This document shows positions 9,290 through 18,525 of a DNA stretch of 64,000 bases, in pieces. The notes beneath the pieces were generated by a model that made no database searches, was not told the origin of the DNA, and saw only the letters and a list, made by a program, of their open reading frames with translations. The translations under genes and the position numbers were made by a program. The DNA comes from Candidatus Omnitrophota bacterium (GTDB lineage Bacteria; Omnitrophota; Gorgyraeia; Tantalellales; Tantalellaceae), in contig WJMG01000075.1 of NCBI GenBank assembly GCA_014728075.1, forward strand, positions 4,262 through 68,261. Reading direction: 5' to 3'. Each line of letters starts with the position of its first letter. Position 1 is the stretch's first letter.

Positions 9290-10465
9290 CTATACTCTTT
9301 CGGTCAATTCTCCCTTCACCTTCTCCTTTATCTCATCAAGCCGTTCCTTGCGGGGAACATACTGGACCTTTAAACTCTCCATCATTTCGAACCCGCAGGA
9401 AGAAAGCACCTCGTTTATTCCGGGTATACTCTGGCCGCCCCATCCGTATGAACCGAATGCCATGGCTTTTCTGTTCCTGGGAGAAAGGCCTTTAAGATAT
9501 GTCAAGAAAGACCCCACCGTCGGCAGCATGCCGTTATTGAGGGTGGGTGAACCCACGCATATGTACCTGGAATCAAGAACATGGGTCATTATATCCGAAA
9601 TATGGCATGTCCTGAGGTTCTCTATCCTGGATACAATGCCTTTTTCCTCAAAAGCCTCCTGGAGGGAGTAAGCTATCTTTCCGGTAGAACCCCACATCGT
9701 GTCGTAGACAATGACCGCTTTATCGACGGATTCGTTAGCGGACCACTTGCCGTAAAGCTCCAGTATCTTATCGATGTTCCTGCGCCATATGAGACCGTGG
9801 CTCGGAGCTATCATGTCCACATCCAGGCCGGCGACCGCCTCAAGGGCTCTTTGGACCTGGTTTCCGTAAGGCAGTACTATGTTCGCGTAATATTTCGCGG
9901 CCTCGGACCTCACGATATCCCATCCTATCTCGTCGTCGAACCTTTCCTCCGAAGCTATATGCTGGCCGAAAGCGTCGTTAGGTATCAGAAGCCTGTCCCG
10001 GGGAACATAAGTGGCCATTGAATCGGGCCAGTGCACCATTTGTGTCAGAACAAAACTCAGGTCCCTTTTCCCTATATTTAGAGAATCCCCCGTGTTCACG
10101 ACCTTTATATCCCATCCGGAGGTATCGTAATGGAATTTCAGGCCTTTTTCCCCGTTAGGGGATGTGACAACGGTAGCCTCCGGGCAGATTTCCATTATCC
10201 GGGGCAGGGAACCCGAATGGTCCATTTCCACATGGTTACAGACCACATAATCGATCTTCGATGGGTCCGCTATTTTTTTGATCCTCTCGAGCATTTCATC
10301 GAAAAGGTAGTACTTGACGGTGTCTACGAGGACCAGTTTCTCATCCTTTATGAGATAGGAATTATAAGTGGATCCTCTCTGGGTAAGGTAGCCGTGGAAA
10401 TTCCTGAGGTCCCAGTCGATCCCCCCTACCCAGAAAATATCCTTTTTTATTTCAAGAGCTTTCAT
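9290..10465 (-). CDS. fprA: Flavodiiron protein (FprA/ROO)
   Basis: GSTYNSY, HVEMDHSG, VHWPD, NDAFGQH, flavodoxin TMWGST. Confidence 0.96.
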   Translation of the reverse strand: MKALEIKKDIFWVGGIDWDLRNFHGYLTQRGSTYNSYLIKDEKLVLVDTVKYYLFDEMLERIKKIADPSKIDYVVCNHVEMDHSGSLPRIMEICPEATVVTSPNGEKGLKFHYDTSGWDIKVVNTGDSLNIGKRDLSFVLTQMVHWPDSMATYVPRDRLLIPNDAFGQHIASEERFDDEIGWDIVRSEAAKYYANIVLPYGNQVQRALEAVAGLDVDMIAPSHGLIWRRNIDKILELYGKWSANESVDKAVIVYDTMWGSTGKIAYSLQEAFEEKGIVSRIENLRTCHISDIMTHVLDSRYICVGSPTLNNGMLPTVGSFLTYLKGLSPRNRKAMAFGSYGWGGQSIPGINEVLSSCGFEMMESLKVQYVPRKERLDEIKEKVKGELTERV

Positions 10466-10484
10466 GGGTCCTTCTCCCTGACGC

Positions 10485-10994
10485 TCATTCCGCAGCAGGC
10501 GGACTGTACACTCTTTGAGACAGTTCCTTATCCAGCATCAGCAGGCCGTTCCCGTCTTTCCCGACGAGCTTGAACTTCTGGATAAGTTCGGTGGCGTTGG
10601 CCTCCTCTTCTACCTGCTCGGTCACGAACCATTGCAGGAATATCTCCGTCGCCCTGTCCTTCTCTTCAACGGCCTGTGAGACAAGGTCGTTTATGAGGGA
10701 GGTTACCAGCTTTTCATGCTCAAGCGTTTTTTCGAAAAGGTCCAGTGCCGAAGAAAAATCCTGAGGAGGTTCTTCTATGGCCTCAAGCAGGACCCTCCCT
10801 CCCCGCTGGGTAACATACCCGTACATCTTCTGGGCGTGGGAAAGCTCTTCCTGCACCTGCACATTGAACCAGTTGGCCACACCGTTAAGGCCCAGTTCCG
10901 TGGCGAAAGACGACATCCCCATATATAGGTACGCCGAATAAATTTCCCTGTTTATCTGATGATTGATACTTTTGACCATTTTATCGCTTATCAT
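10485..10994 (-). CDS. ftn: Non-heme ferritin
   Basis: QINREIYSAYLY, EELSHA, WFVTEQVEEE. Confidence 0.96.
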   Translation of the reverse strand: MISDKMVKSINHQINREIYSAYLYMGMSSFATELGLNGVANWFNVQVQEELSHAQKMYGYVTQRGGRVLLEAIEEPPQDFSSALDLFEKTLEHEKLVTSLINDLVSQAVEEKDRATEIFLQWFVTEQVEEEANATELIQKFKLVGKDGNGLLMLDKELSQRVYSPPAAE

Positions 10995-11017
10995 ATCGGG
11001 CTCCCTGTCTTAATTCT

Positions 11018-11155
11018 CTAAACTGCCTCGAACTGATCTTTTCCCACTCCGCATTCGGGACAAGTCCAGTCATCGGGAAGGTCCGCAAAAGCCACATTAT
11101 CGTTTTCCGCCGGATCGTACACATACCCGCAAACAAGACATTTGTACTTTTCCAT
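11018..11155 (-). CDS. Rubredoxin (45 aa, short type; absent from ORF track)
   Basis: [45 protein letters not shown], preceded by AAGGAGG. Confidence 0.95.
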   Translation of the reverse strand: MEKYKCLVCGYVYDPAENDNVAFADLPDDWTCPECGVGKDQFEAV

Positions 11156-11262
11156 TTTTCCTCCTTGGGATCCATATAGTATGTTGATAAATATAACACC
11201 GTATTGATATCATTATCTATCCTATACCAACGGCCCCTTATTTTCCACCATAATCTGTATTA

Positions 11263-11308
11263 ATTAGCCCCGTATCCCCTCGTATTCCGAGAGCGGTACG
11301 GGGCTAAT
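11263..11308 (-). terminator. Stem-loop downstream of small ORF
   Basis: ATTAGCCCCGTA...TACGGGGCTAAT 12-bp arms; weak U-tract. Confidence 0.5.
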
Positions 11309-11337
11309 CGATCACCGTGAGCAGTTTCGCGTCTTGC

Positions 11338-11409
11338 TCAGGACATAATACTGCAGCCTTCTTTACAGTGCGACACCGGACGCAGCATGAACTTTTTCGT
11401 GAAATTCAT
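11338..11409 (-). CDS. Putative 23-aa small/leader peptide
   Basis: AAGGAGG RBS + ATG, MNFTKKFMLRPVSHCKEGCSIMS*, directly after a sigma70-like promoter. Confidence 0.5.
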   Translation of the reverse strand: MNFTKKFMLRPVSHCKEGCSIMS

Positions 11410-11444
11410 ATTCGCCTCCTTTTGTTTTATTGTCCTTTTACTTA

Positions 11445-11472
11445 ATGATACCATATTAGTATCTTTTGTCAA
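11445..11472 (-). promoter_or_regulatory. sigma70-like promoter with overlapping palindromic operator
   Basis: TTGACA-N16-TATCAT; GATAC-N7-GTATC palindrome overlaps spacer and -10. Confidence 0.6.
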
Positions 11473-11482
11473 GGGGAAAATA

Positions 11483-11674
11483 TCATATTTTTGACGGATT
11501 ACACAGGTTTTCTTTCTTGTGAGCGGCCCTTCCGCAGTTCTTGCAGTAATACCTGGACTCCCTCACAAGGTCCTTTATCCTCCCCAGGTCCCTATCCAGT
11601 ATTATCTGGCATATGTGGTTCTTCTCGTGGCAGGACCGTGACGATCTGCACGCGTGGACATATTTAATGGACAC
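11483..11674 (-). CDS. Small Cys/His-rich putative metal-binding protein
   Basis: H..HIC, YYCKNCGRAA..NLC.P; AGGAGG RBS before GTG. Confidence 0.7.
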   Translation of the reverse strand: MSIKYVHACRSSRSCHEKNHICQIILDRDLGRIKDLVRESRYYCKNCGRAAHKKENLCNPSKI

Positions 11675-11800
11675 GGAAGCCTCCTTTGTTCCCGTTCTTA
11701 CCCCGGTCGCGGATATTTGCTTTTATGCTTCGACGCTTAGCTAAAGCTCCGTTGAGACGGTACCGTCAAATTGCGGGGCCTCATTAAAAATCAACGCTTC

Positions 11801-12007
11801 CTATCGGCAACCACACTTATTTTCTTCCCCTGCACCCAGTTTCCTTAGTATGGCCATAGCGGGGCACCAGTTAGTAAATGCGGATTGAAAAAGATTAATA
11901 CCCACAAAGGCCGTGAACCATAACCATCTCAAGTCTACATAATGAGCCAGCAAAATGCTAATAATAATAAAAAAACCCGCCATGCCCCTTAAAATTCTTT
12001 CGATCAT
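11801..12007 (-). CDS. DUF2892 (YgaP-like TM) protein
   Basis: ERILR..AG, FVGINLFQSAFTNWCP. Confidence 0.9.
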   Translation of the reverse strand: MIERILRGMAGFFIIISILLAHYVDLRWLWFTAFVGINLFQSAFTNWCPAMAILRKLGAGEENKCGCR

Positions 12008-12098
12008 TGTTCGCCTCCTTCAACACACAAGTTGCAAGAAAAAGTATATCCTCCGGCTGAACCAACCACCCAGAAAAATACCTATTTCTTTTTCCTTA

Positions 12099-13391
12099 TC
12101 AAAAACTATATCTCAGCCTCGCGTAGACATTCTTGTTCTTCCTTACGCTTCCGAATTCCGTCCAGGAATCCCGCCCGAAAGGCAGGTTCGCGCCTACCGT
12201 CAGGTTCCAGGAATCCGTGGCGTCCCAGGAAAGCGAAGGCCTTATGTAGGCGTCCATATCGGACGGCGAGAAAAAAGCAAAGACCGTGGCTTTTACGGTC
12301 TGATTGGCGAAAAATTTTGTTATCCTGCTGGTCACTACATGCCTGAACTCGTCCCATCTGTAATCCATGGGCAGAAGAGCTTTCCTGTATTCCCCGTAGT
12401 CCAGGGTCTGTTCCAGGTAATACTGGAACCCTACCCTCAGGTCGTTCCCCAGGTCCTTTTCGTAACCAAGAAGATACTTCATCATTGAGTTCTGTATCGT
12501 CCTGATATCCCCGTCAGGGTCTTCCGGAGAATAGTAATAAGATACTTCGGCGCTACCTATCCCGCCCATTACCGGACCCCTCAAACTGCCGCCGTAAGCG
12601 TCCAGCCTCTGGTGGTATATCTGGTGACCGGCCTCGTTCTTATAACTCGAAGGGGACGGGTCGAAGCCCCTGTAATAATAAAGGGCCCACTCGTAACTTT
12701 TGATGTTCTTGTAAGCCCGGGCGGCGTACACGAAATTCTTAGGCGTTTCGGAGGGTTCTACCACATGAAGCTCCGAGCTTCTTCCGGCTATCCCTCCCTC
12801 GAAACTGTCGAAAAAACTCACCCTGTCCCCCGTAGGCACATCGTTGGGCTCAAAAAAAGGAATGAACGCGAAGTCAATATTGAACCATTCCGGGTAAACC
12901 ATGATCCGAAGCGCATCGTTAGGTTTTTTCAGGTATTCGTCATCCCGTCCGATAAAGAAAGAGACATAGTCTTTGGGGAACAGATCGTTCAGGAAAAGAT
13001 AGTCTCCCGTTCCCCAGGTAAGCACCTGCCGGCCCGCCCTGATATCCACTATATCCAGAGGAGTGAATACGGCGTTGAGCTCCCTCAGGTCCGTAAGCAC
13101 TTTTCCTCCGTAATAAAAGTCCAGCACGAAATCACATTTTGACTCAATGGCCGTCTGCCATTCCGCAAGGATATTATCACCCGAAAAGTAATAGTCGGCT
13201 CTGAGCTGAAGCCTGGCCTCGGCCATATTGTATTGACGGTGCTTAACATCGTCCGAACCGAACCCGGGCGCGAACGCCTCTTCCAGGAAACCGTGTATTT
13301 CCGGGAACTCAAACTCCTCCGCTTCCGCGTTGACCGTCAAAAAAACACAGACGATCATCAGAAATGCCATGGTAAAACCCGATCTTTTCAT
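12099..13391 (-). CDS. Outer-membrane beta-barrel protein (DUF1302-like)
   Basis: Signal peptide, GRQVLTWG motif, C-terminal RYSF; typical partner of MMPL/LolA-like genes. Confidence 0.72.
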   Translation of the reverse strand: MKRSGFTMAFLMIVCVFLTVNAEAEEFEFPEIHGFLEEAFAPGFGSDDVKHRQYNMAEARLQLRADYYFSGDNILAEWQTAIESKCDFVLDFYYGGKVLTDLRELNAVFTPLDIVDIRAGRQVLTWGTGDYLFLNDLFPKDYVSFFIGRDDEYLKKPNDALRIMVYPEWFNIDFAFIPFFEPNDVPTGDRVSFFDSFEGGIAGRSSELHVVEPSETPKNFVYAARAYKNIKSYEWALYYYRGFDPSPSSYKNEAGHQIYHQRLDAYGGSLRGPVMGGIGSAEVSYYYSPEDPDGDIRTIQNSMMKYLLGYEKDLGNDLRVGFQYYLEQTLDYGEYRKALLPMDYRWDEFRHVVTSRITKFFANQTVKATVFAFFSPSDMDAYIRPSLSWDATDSWNLTVGANLPFGRDSWTEFGSVRKNKNVYARLRYSF

Positions 13392-13485
13392 ATTTTCCCT
13401 CGTAAAAGCAGCGATTGTGAATTCATCAACGGTCTTGAGCCGGGATCCAAAAGCGTGAACCCCTGCACCCCTCCCGGCCCGTACT

Positions 13486-14268
13486 CTACCTGATATACCT
13501 CCTCGGAGGCCTTCTAAGATACCTTTCGGTAAAAATGTCCTCTTCCAGGCCTATATCGTAATCTATATCAGAGAACTCCGAAACTGTATTTCCTCCGGTA
13601 TTCAGGTCACTGGCCTTCATCTTGACCACCGTCGGATATCCTTCAATATCCTTTATTTCCAGCGCTTCTATCGTCTTGTAAAGTTTTCCCCTTTTATCAT
13701 ACAGCTCGGCCCTGACGGGTACGAAATTATCCTTATTTACCCATGTAACGAAATAAGAGAATTCTACCTCTCCCGGCTCCCTGGGGGTACTTCTTATCTT
13801 ATATTTTCCGTCTTCTTCTCCTTCCAGTTCGTGTGTATCCTCTTCCGGTCCTCTTCCGGATATCTCCTCGTACGCGAAATGAGACCCTACGAAACTCGAT
13901 CTTTTATCGCTCGCGGCCACACGCCTGACCAGGTCCAGCGCCGGCAGGTAAAGCCATCTGTCGTCATCCTCGCCGGGCTTCTTCCATACAAGATACGACA
14001 TCCCCTCGACATCGCTTGGACGGTGAAAATACACATAGAACCTCTGGGGACCGTTATCCTCGTGGTCATACCTCAATATGGTCATATACCTTTCCCTCGT
14101 CCTTCCCAGGGAATCTGTTATGACCATATTGACATCCGCCCTTCCGTCCTTGCCCTGATAGTACGAAGCTGCGCTGGCTTTCCGCACTATCTCATCCGCC
14201 GTGAGCGCGTACGCCGCTCCCGAAACAAAGAGCGCTAAAGTTATTGTTATCGCCGTTATTTTCCTCAT
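13486..14268 (-). CDS. Outer-membrane lipoprotein-sorting (LolA-like) protein
   Basis: Signal peptide, DDRWLYLPAL..RR, FVGSHFAYEE. Confidence 0.88.
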   Translation of the reverse strand: MRKITAITITLALFVSGAAYALTADEIVRKASAASYYQGKDGRADVNMVITDSLGRTRERYMTILRYDHEDNGPQRFYVYFHRPSDVEGMSYLVWKKPGEDDDRWLYLPALDLVRRVAASDKRSSFVGSHFAYEEISGRGPEEDTHELEGEEDGKYKIRSTPREPGEVEFSYFVTWVNKDNFVPVRAELYDKRGKLYKTIEALEIKDIEGYPTVVKMKASDLNTGGNTVSEFSDIDYDIGLEEDIFTERYLRRPPRRYIR

Positions 14269-14361
14269 CTCTCCTCCTTAGCATTATAGTTGCTCATAGC
14301 GCGCCGGGGACCGAGGGGCTTTCTGCCTCTTCACCCCGCGCCCCTGTACCCTGTACGCTGT

Positions 14362-16869
14362 TCACTCGCCGCTGACACATATCTTACGCTTTGAAACAAT
14401 ATTACACATTCCCGCCATAGCCCCTATTACCCCTATACTTATGACCGTGGTCGTCTTCCAGGAGGCAATGGAATATCCTCCAAGCACATAAGCTACACCC
14501 GAAGCCACTATTATACCGAAAATCACACAATAAGAACATCTGCAGGAAGGGTTTTTTCTCTCGTCGAATATCACCCCGGGCATAGCGGAGATCAAAGCGG
14601 GAAGGATGAACAAGGTTCCGATACTGGAAGCCACCATTATAAGGAACATGAAAACACCCACCGTTTTATACGGGACCAGGGGCGCCGCCAGAAGCGGAAG
14701 GAAACCTATCGATATTATAAGCGCGTTCCTCAGTATGGCGCGCGAAGGTTCCCGGAACATCTCCTTGGCCGTGCTTTCCCAGGAAGCCTTGCCGGCGTCT
14801 ATCTCGCGGGCTCTTTGCAGAAAATGTATCGCGAAATCTATCGACAACCCGAGAGTAAGGGCCGAAAGGACGGCTACGGGCATATCGTAGTTCTTTCCGG
14901 AATATCCCAGGAGACTGTAGATAAAGACTATGGTAACGGTAAGCGGTATCATGGAAACCAGGCCTCTTACCGGAGACCTGAAAAGAAAGACCATCATAAA
15001 AAGAACGATCAGGAAACTGCCCATGAAATTCCTCAGCATACCCACGACCATTCTGTCCTGCCAAACCACATTTATGTAAGTAAGTCCCGCCCATCCTTTT
15101 TTGATATCGAACGGCGGAGGATCATCCGAAATGTAGTCGGACACCTGGCGCTCCACCCTGCTCATGTCCACATTATCCCCTGAAGTAAGCTGGATCCAGA
15201 TATTGACCTTGGAATAATCGGGAGTAACAAAATGCCAGAGATCATCGGGCTTGTGAGAGTTCTGGAAAGAGATCAGGCTCTGGGCCACGGCCGGCTTTGT
15301 CGGAGGCACCACACTGTTCTTCCTGTCACCGCCCAGCAGCTCGTAATATATCTTTTTAGCGACATCCGCCAGAGAGGTGGATTTCCCCACGGCGCCTTCC
15401 TCGCCGAGGTATTCCTGCAGATCTTCGATGTATCTCAGCATGTCCGGTTCTTTAAAGACCTCCCCGTCACCGTCCGCGGCTTCCAGGACGAGATAAGCCA
15501 TATATGTCCCCCCGAAATGCTCGTTAAGGACTTCGTCGGCAACCCTTATTTCGTGGCCGGGGGTAAACCACTTGACCGGATTATCGTTTATGACTATTTT
15601 GGAGATCCCAAAGGCGGAAAAGCCCACAAGGAAGACGGTAACGGCAAGCACCACTTTCCATCTCCTAAGGGCCGTCCTTTCGGTGAATTTCAGAAAAGCG
15701 TTCATGGCCCCTTCTTCGTGGTGCTCCTCACGGGCGCCGAAACCTTTCAGGGACGAGGCTTTCGTTAAAGATACGGCAGCGGGTATAAAAGTCATCGTAA
15801 GAAGCCAGGCCAGCATCACACCGAAAGCGACAAAAACACCGAAGACCTGCACAGGGGGTATTTCGGCAAAGGCCAGCGAAAAGAACCCGGCGGTAGTGGT
15901 AAGCGAAGTGAAAAGCATGGGCATAAAAAGATCGTCTATGGTGTCCAGCACCGCCTTTTTCCTGTCCCCGGCCTGCCTGTATTTCTCATAGAACTCACTC
16001 AGGATATGGACAGAATCCAGAACGGCGATCGGCATGAGAAAAATAGGTATCATTGAACTCATTATGTGTACGGTAAAACCCAGGCCTATGAGCGTTCCCA
16101 TGGTCACGATAACGGTGATACCGGCAAGGAAAAGCGGCGACATCACCAGCCTGGGATTCTTAAAGAAAGCCAGCATCAGCAGGAATATTATCAGCATTGC
16201 CAGCGGCGCGGATATCGCCATCTGTTTGAACATCTCGAAACCGAAGGTATCTTCGGCTACCGGCAGTCCGGTTATATAATAATCCTCGCTCCCCGGATAT
16301 TCGGAAATGATCTGTTTTATCTCACCGGAAATGCGGTAACTCATGTCTTTTTTCTCTATCGGCACATACACGCTGAGCGCTTTGCCGTTCTCGGAAACCA
16401 GGGTCCCGTAAAAGAGCGGGTTCTCCATAGCTCTTTTTCTTATCTTGAGAGCCTCTTCCTTATCGTAAGGAGGCTGCCCCATAAGCCATTTGAACCTTAC
16501 AGCTCCCGGGCCGGCCTGCTCGATATCGTCTTTAGTGGAAAGGCTTATCAATTCGTGGGAGATAACCCCCTCTACGCCTTTTATCCTTTCCGTGATCTTA
16601 TATACTTTTTCGAGGGTCGATGGGTTGAATACGCCTTCCGGATGGTCCTCGTTGACCACCCCCAGCACTATGAGGTCATACAGGCCGAATTCCTCCTTAA
16701 CGCGGTGATGGAAAACCCTTGCCTCTTCGTTCCCGGGGAGCATGTTCTCGGGGTCAGTGTCCACTTTCATCTTAGGGAACTGGATAAGACTGACGAAGAC
16801 CAGGACCGCTATGATACCCATAACGACCTTAGGCCTGTCCACGGAGAATTTTATGATACGCCTGAACAT
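14362..16869 (-). CDS. MMPL/RND family transporter
   Basis: Two TM bundles with periplasmic loops; TSLTTTAGF, GLSIDFAIHF. Confidence 0.92.
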   Translation of the reverse strand: MFRRIIKFSVDRPKVVMGIIAVLVFVSLIQFPKMKVDTDPENMLPGNEEARVFHHRVKEEFGLYDLIVLGVVNEDHPEGVFNPSTLEKVYKITERIKGVEGVISHELISLSTKDDIEQAGPGAVRFKWLMGQPPYDKEEALKIRKRAMENPLFYGTLVSENGKALSVYVPIEKKDMSYRISGEIKQIISEYPGSEDYYITGLPVAEDTFGFEMFKQMAISAPLAMLIIFLLMLAFFKNPRLVMSPLFLAGITVIVTMGTLIGLGFTVHIMSSMIPIFLMPIAVLDSVHILSEFYEKYRQAGDRKKAVLDTIDDLFMPMLFTSLTTTAGFFSLAFAEIPPVQVFGVFVAFGVMLAWLLTMTFIPAAVSLTKASSLKGFGAREEHHEEGAMNAFLKFTERTALRRWKVVLAVTVFLVGFSAFGISKIVINDNPVKWFTPGHEIRVADEVLNEHFGGTYMAYLVLEAADGDGEVFKEPDMLRYIEDLQEYLGEEGAVGKSTSLADVAKKIYYELLGGDRKNSVVPPTKPAVAQSLISFQNSHKPDDLWHFVTPDYSKVNIWIQLTSGDNVDMSRVERQVSDYISDDPPPFDIKKGWAGLTYINVVWQDRMVVGMLRNFMGSFLIVLFMMVFLFRSPVRGLVSMIPLTVTIVFIYSLLGYSGKNYDMPVAVLSALTLGLSIDFAIHFLQRAREIDAGKASWESTAKEMFREPSRAILRNALIISIGFLPLLAAPLVPYKTVGVFMFLIMVASSIGTLFILPALISAMPGVIFDERKNPSCRCSYCVIFGIIVASGVAYVLGGYSIASWKTTTVISIGVIGAMAGMCNIVSKRKICVSGE

Positions 16870-16879
16870 ATGGTCTCCT

Positions 16880-17179
16880 TTACCCGTTACAGCACTTCCT
16901 TATACAGGTCATTAATTTTAATATCTCTTTTTTCTTTATGAAATAATACACCTCATTGGAGATCTTGTCCTTGCCGAGAACGCCTTTCCCGAACATCCTT
17001 GACAGATGCTGTGAGGTGATCGACTGCTTCAGGCCGAGCTCGTCCTGTATCTGACGGACATTCATGCTGCCTTTATTCTCAAGAAGCGATATTATCGCCA
17101 GCCTTACCGGATGCGCCACGGAACGCATGACCTCGGCGGCTTCCTCGAAAGGATATGCATTTTTATTGTTCTTCGCCAT
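16880..17179 (-). CDS. ArsR/SmtB family regulator
   Basis: AHPVRLAII, SQHL, VYY; C-terminal CIRKCC. Confidence 0.9.
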   Translation of the reverse strand: MAKNNKNAYPFEEAAEVMRSVAHPVRLAIISLLENKGSMNVRQIQDELGLKQSITSQHLSRMFGKGVLGKDKISNEVYYFIKKKEILKLMTCIRKCCNG

Positions 17180-17473
17180 TGCCGCGCCCTCCCTTGAATT
17201 ACAATATTAGTGTATTCTAATTTTCTGTTTTTGTCAAGAGGTATTCCGTTCTCCGCGCCGTATCCGGCTGAGGCGCCTTCCTTCCTCCGCGCCGTATTTT
17301 TCCGGCCCGGGGACAAGCACACTGTTTACGGGCGCCCCAAAGCCCTCTTCCTGCGAAACCTTCTGAAAAAGGGCCTTTCAGACTGCGTCACTCTGATACT
17401 CCTTTCACACAGAGTTTACGGGAAGGCCTGCCTCTGCTCCGGCCTTCAGGCCCTGAAAAAAAACACATTGTTG

Positions 17474-17502
17474 TTGACAAGTATTTTTACTTGTTTTATA
17501 CT
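17474..17502 (+). promoter_or_regulatory. sigma70-like promoter
   Basis: TTGACA-N17-TATACT upstream of two small plus-strand ORFs. Confidence 0.6.
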
Positions 17503-17547
17503 TGGTACATAAGGCACTAAAAACCGCTTTTTTTCAGAAAGGATGAC

Positions 17548-17691
17548 ATGAAATACCTTACTGTTATCGAGGTTATCTGTGACGCCGCCGACGAAGAAGA
17601 AGCGTATCACACGGCGGGCGAGTTCCTTAAAGGGAGCGAGGATCTTGTTGTTTCTATGACCTGCAGGACGGCGCCTCTGCAGGTCAAATAA
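17548..17691 (+). CDS. Small hypothetical protein (47 aa; absent from ORF track)
   Basis: GAAAGGA RBS, MKYLTVIEVICDAADEEEAYHTAGEFLKGSEDLVVSMTCRTAPLQVK*. Confidence 0.65.
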   Translation: MKYLTVIEVICDAADEEEAYHTAGEFLKGSEDLVVSMTCRTAPLQVK

Positions 17692-17727
17692 GCCTATCGG
17701 TTGGTTTTAAAAATGAGGGGGCATCCG

Positions 17728-17919
17728 ATGATCAAGAAAAGATACATTCAGGCGTGTGAACTCGGGGGTTCGATCTACGGCAAAAGGTCAGCAGGGAAAA
17801 AGGTCAGCCCGCTTCACAACGAAAAGGTCAACAAGAAAGATGTAGCGGATATCTACAATAAATTCTACAAGAACCAGGTCACTGCCCTGTACAAAGCCAT
17901 TCACGGCAGGAATATATAG
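17728..17919 (+). CDS. Small basic hypothetical protein
   Basis: GAGGGGG RBS + ATG, followed by a terminator. Confidence 0.6.
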   Translation: MIKKRYIQACELGGSIYGKRSAGKKVSPLHNEKVNKKDVADIYNKFYKNQVTALYKAIHGRNI

Positions 17920-17923
17920 ACCC

Positions 17924-17963
17924 AAAAAAGGGCCCGGTAACGATAGTTCCCGGGCCCTTTTTT
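17924..17963. terminator. Bidirectional intrinsic terminator
   Basis: AAAAAAGGGCCCGG...CCGGGCCCTTTTTT between convergent genes. Confidence 0.85.
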
Positions 17964-18006
17964 ACAGCTCAAACGCAATATAGAAACCTTTCCGGTTTTT
18001 ATATTT

Positions 18007-18471
18007 TTATCTTTTGCATTTTTTGCCTTTCTTCTCTTCCCTGCAAAGGTCTTTCATCTCCTCGTATTGTTCTTTGCTGAGTATCTGCTTTAATTCCGCG
18101 CATGCAGCCGCTACTTTTTTAGCCTTTGCTTTCTTTATGTCGTACTTCTTATCTATCAGACCGTCTACTTTATCCAGGTCGATCTTGTCTTTCCACATCT
18201 CTTTCTTTATGTCAAGATAGACCAGGTCCTTTTCCGCGTCCCTGGTTATGACCTCTTTTTTCAGATCGTACTTCATTTTCTTGAGCTTTTCGTACTGGTC
18301 AGCGGAAAGGTCCAGTTCCTTTTTGTTCATTAGAGCTACCTTTATCTTTTTAAGGACCTTGTCCTCCCATCCCATTTTCGAGCAATGGCCGCCGGCGTAC
18401 GAAACGCCGCCGAAAACGAAAGATAAGACCAAAACGGTTACCGCGGCGCACTTGATTATCTTTCCAGACAT
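18007..18471 (-). CDS. Periplasmic Spy/CpxP-like helical protein
   Basis: Signal peptide, LDLSADQ and ILSKEQ (LTxxQ-like) repeats. Confidence 0.65.
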   Translation of the reverse strand: MSGKIIKCAAVTVLVLSFVFGGVSYAGGHCSKMGWEDKVLKKIKVALMNKKELDLSADQYEKLKKMKYDLKKEVITRDAEKDLVYLDIKKEMWKDKIDLDKVDGLIDKKYDIKKAKAKKVAAACAELKQILSKEQYEEMKDLCREEKKGKKCKR

Positions 18472-18525
18472 TTTCTCCTCCTTTACCGGTTTGTGTTCAA
18501 GATACCCTTTAGCCAATATCAAAGT

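Noticed and set aside
10981-11199. 72-aa ORF in the track
   Set aside because: Alternative frame over the real rubredoxin gene (11018-11155)
11260-11409. Possible selenocysteine readthrough of the TGA in the 23-aa ORF (would give 49 aa)
   Set aside because: No recognisable bacterial SECIS, no CxxU context, and the extension runs through the hairpin
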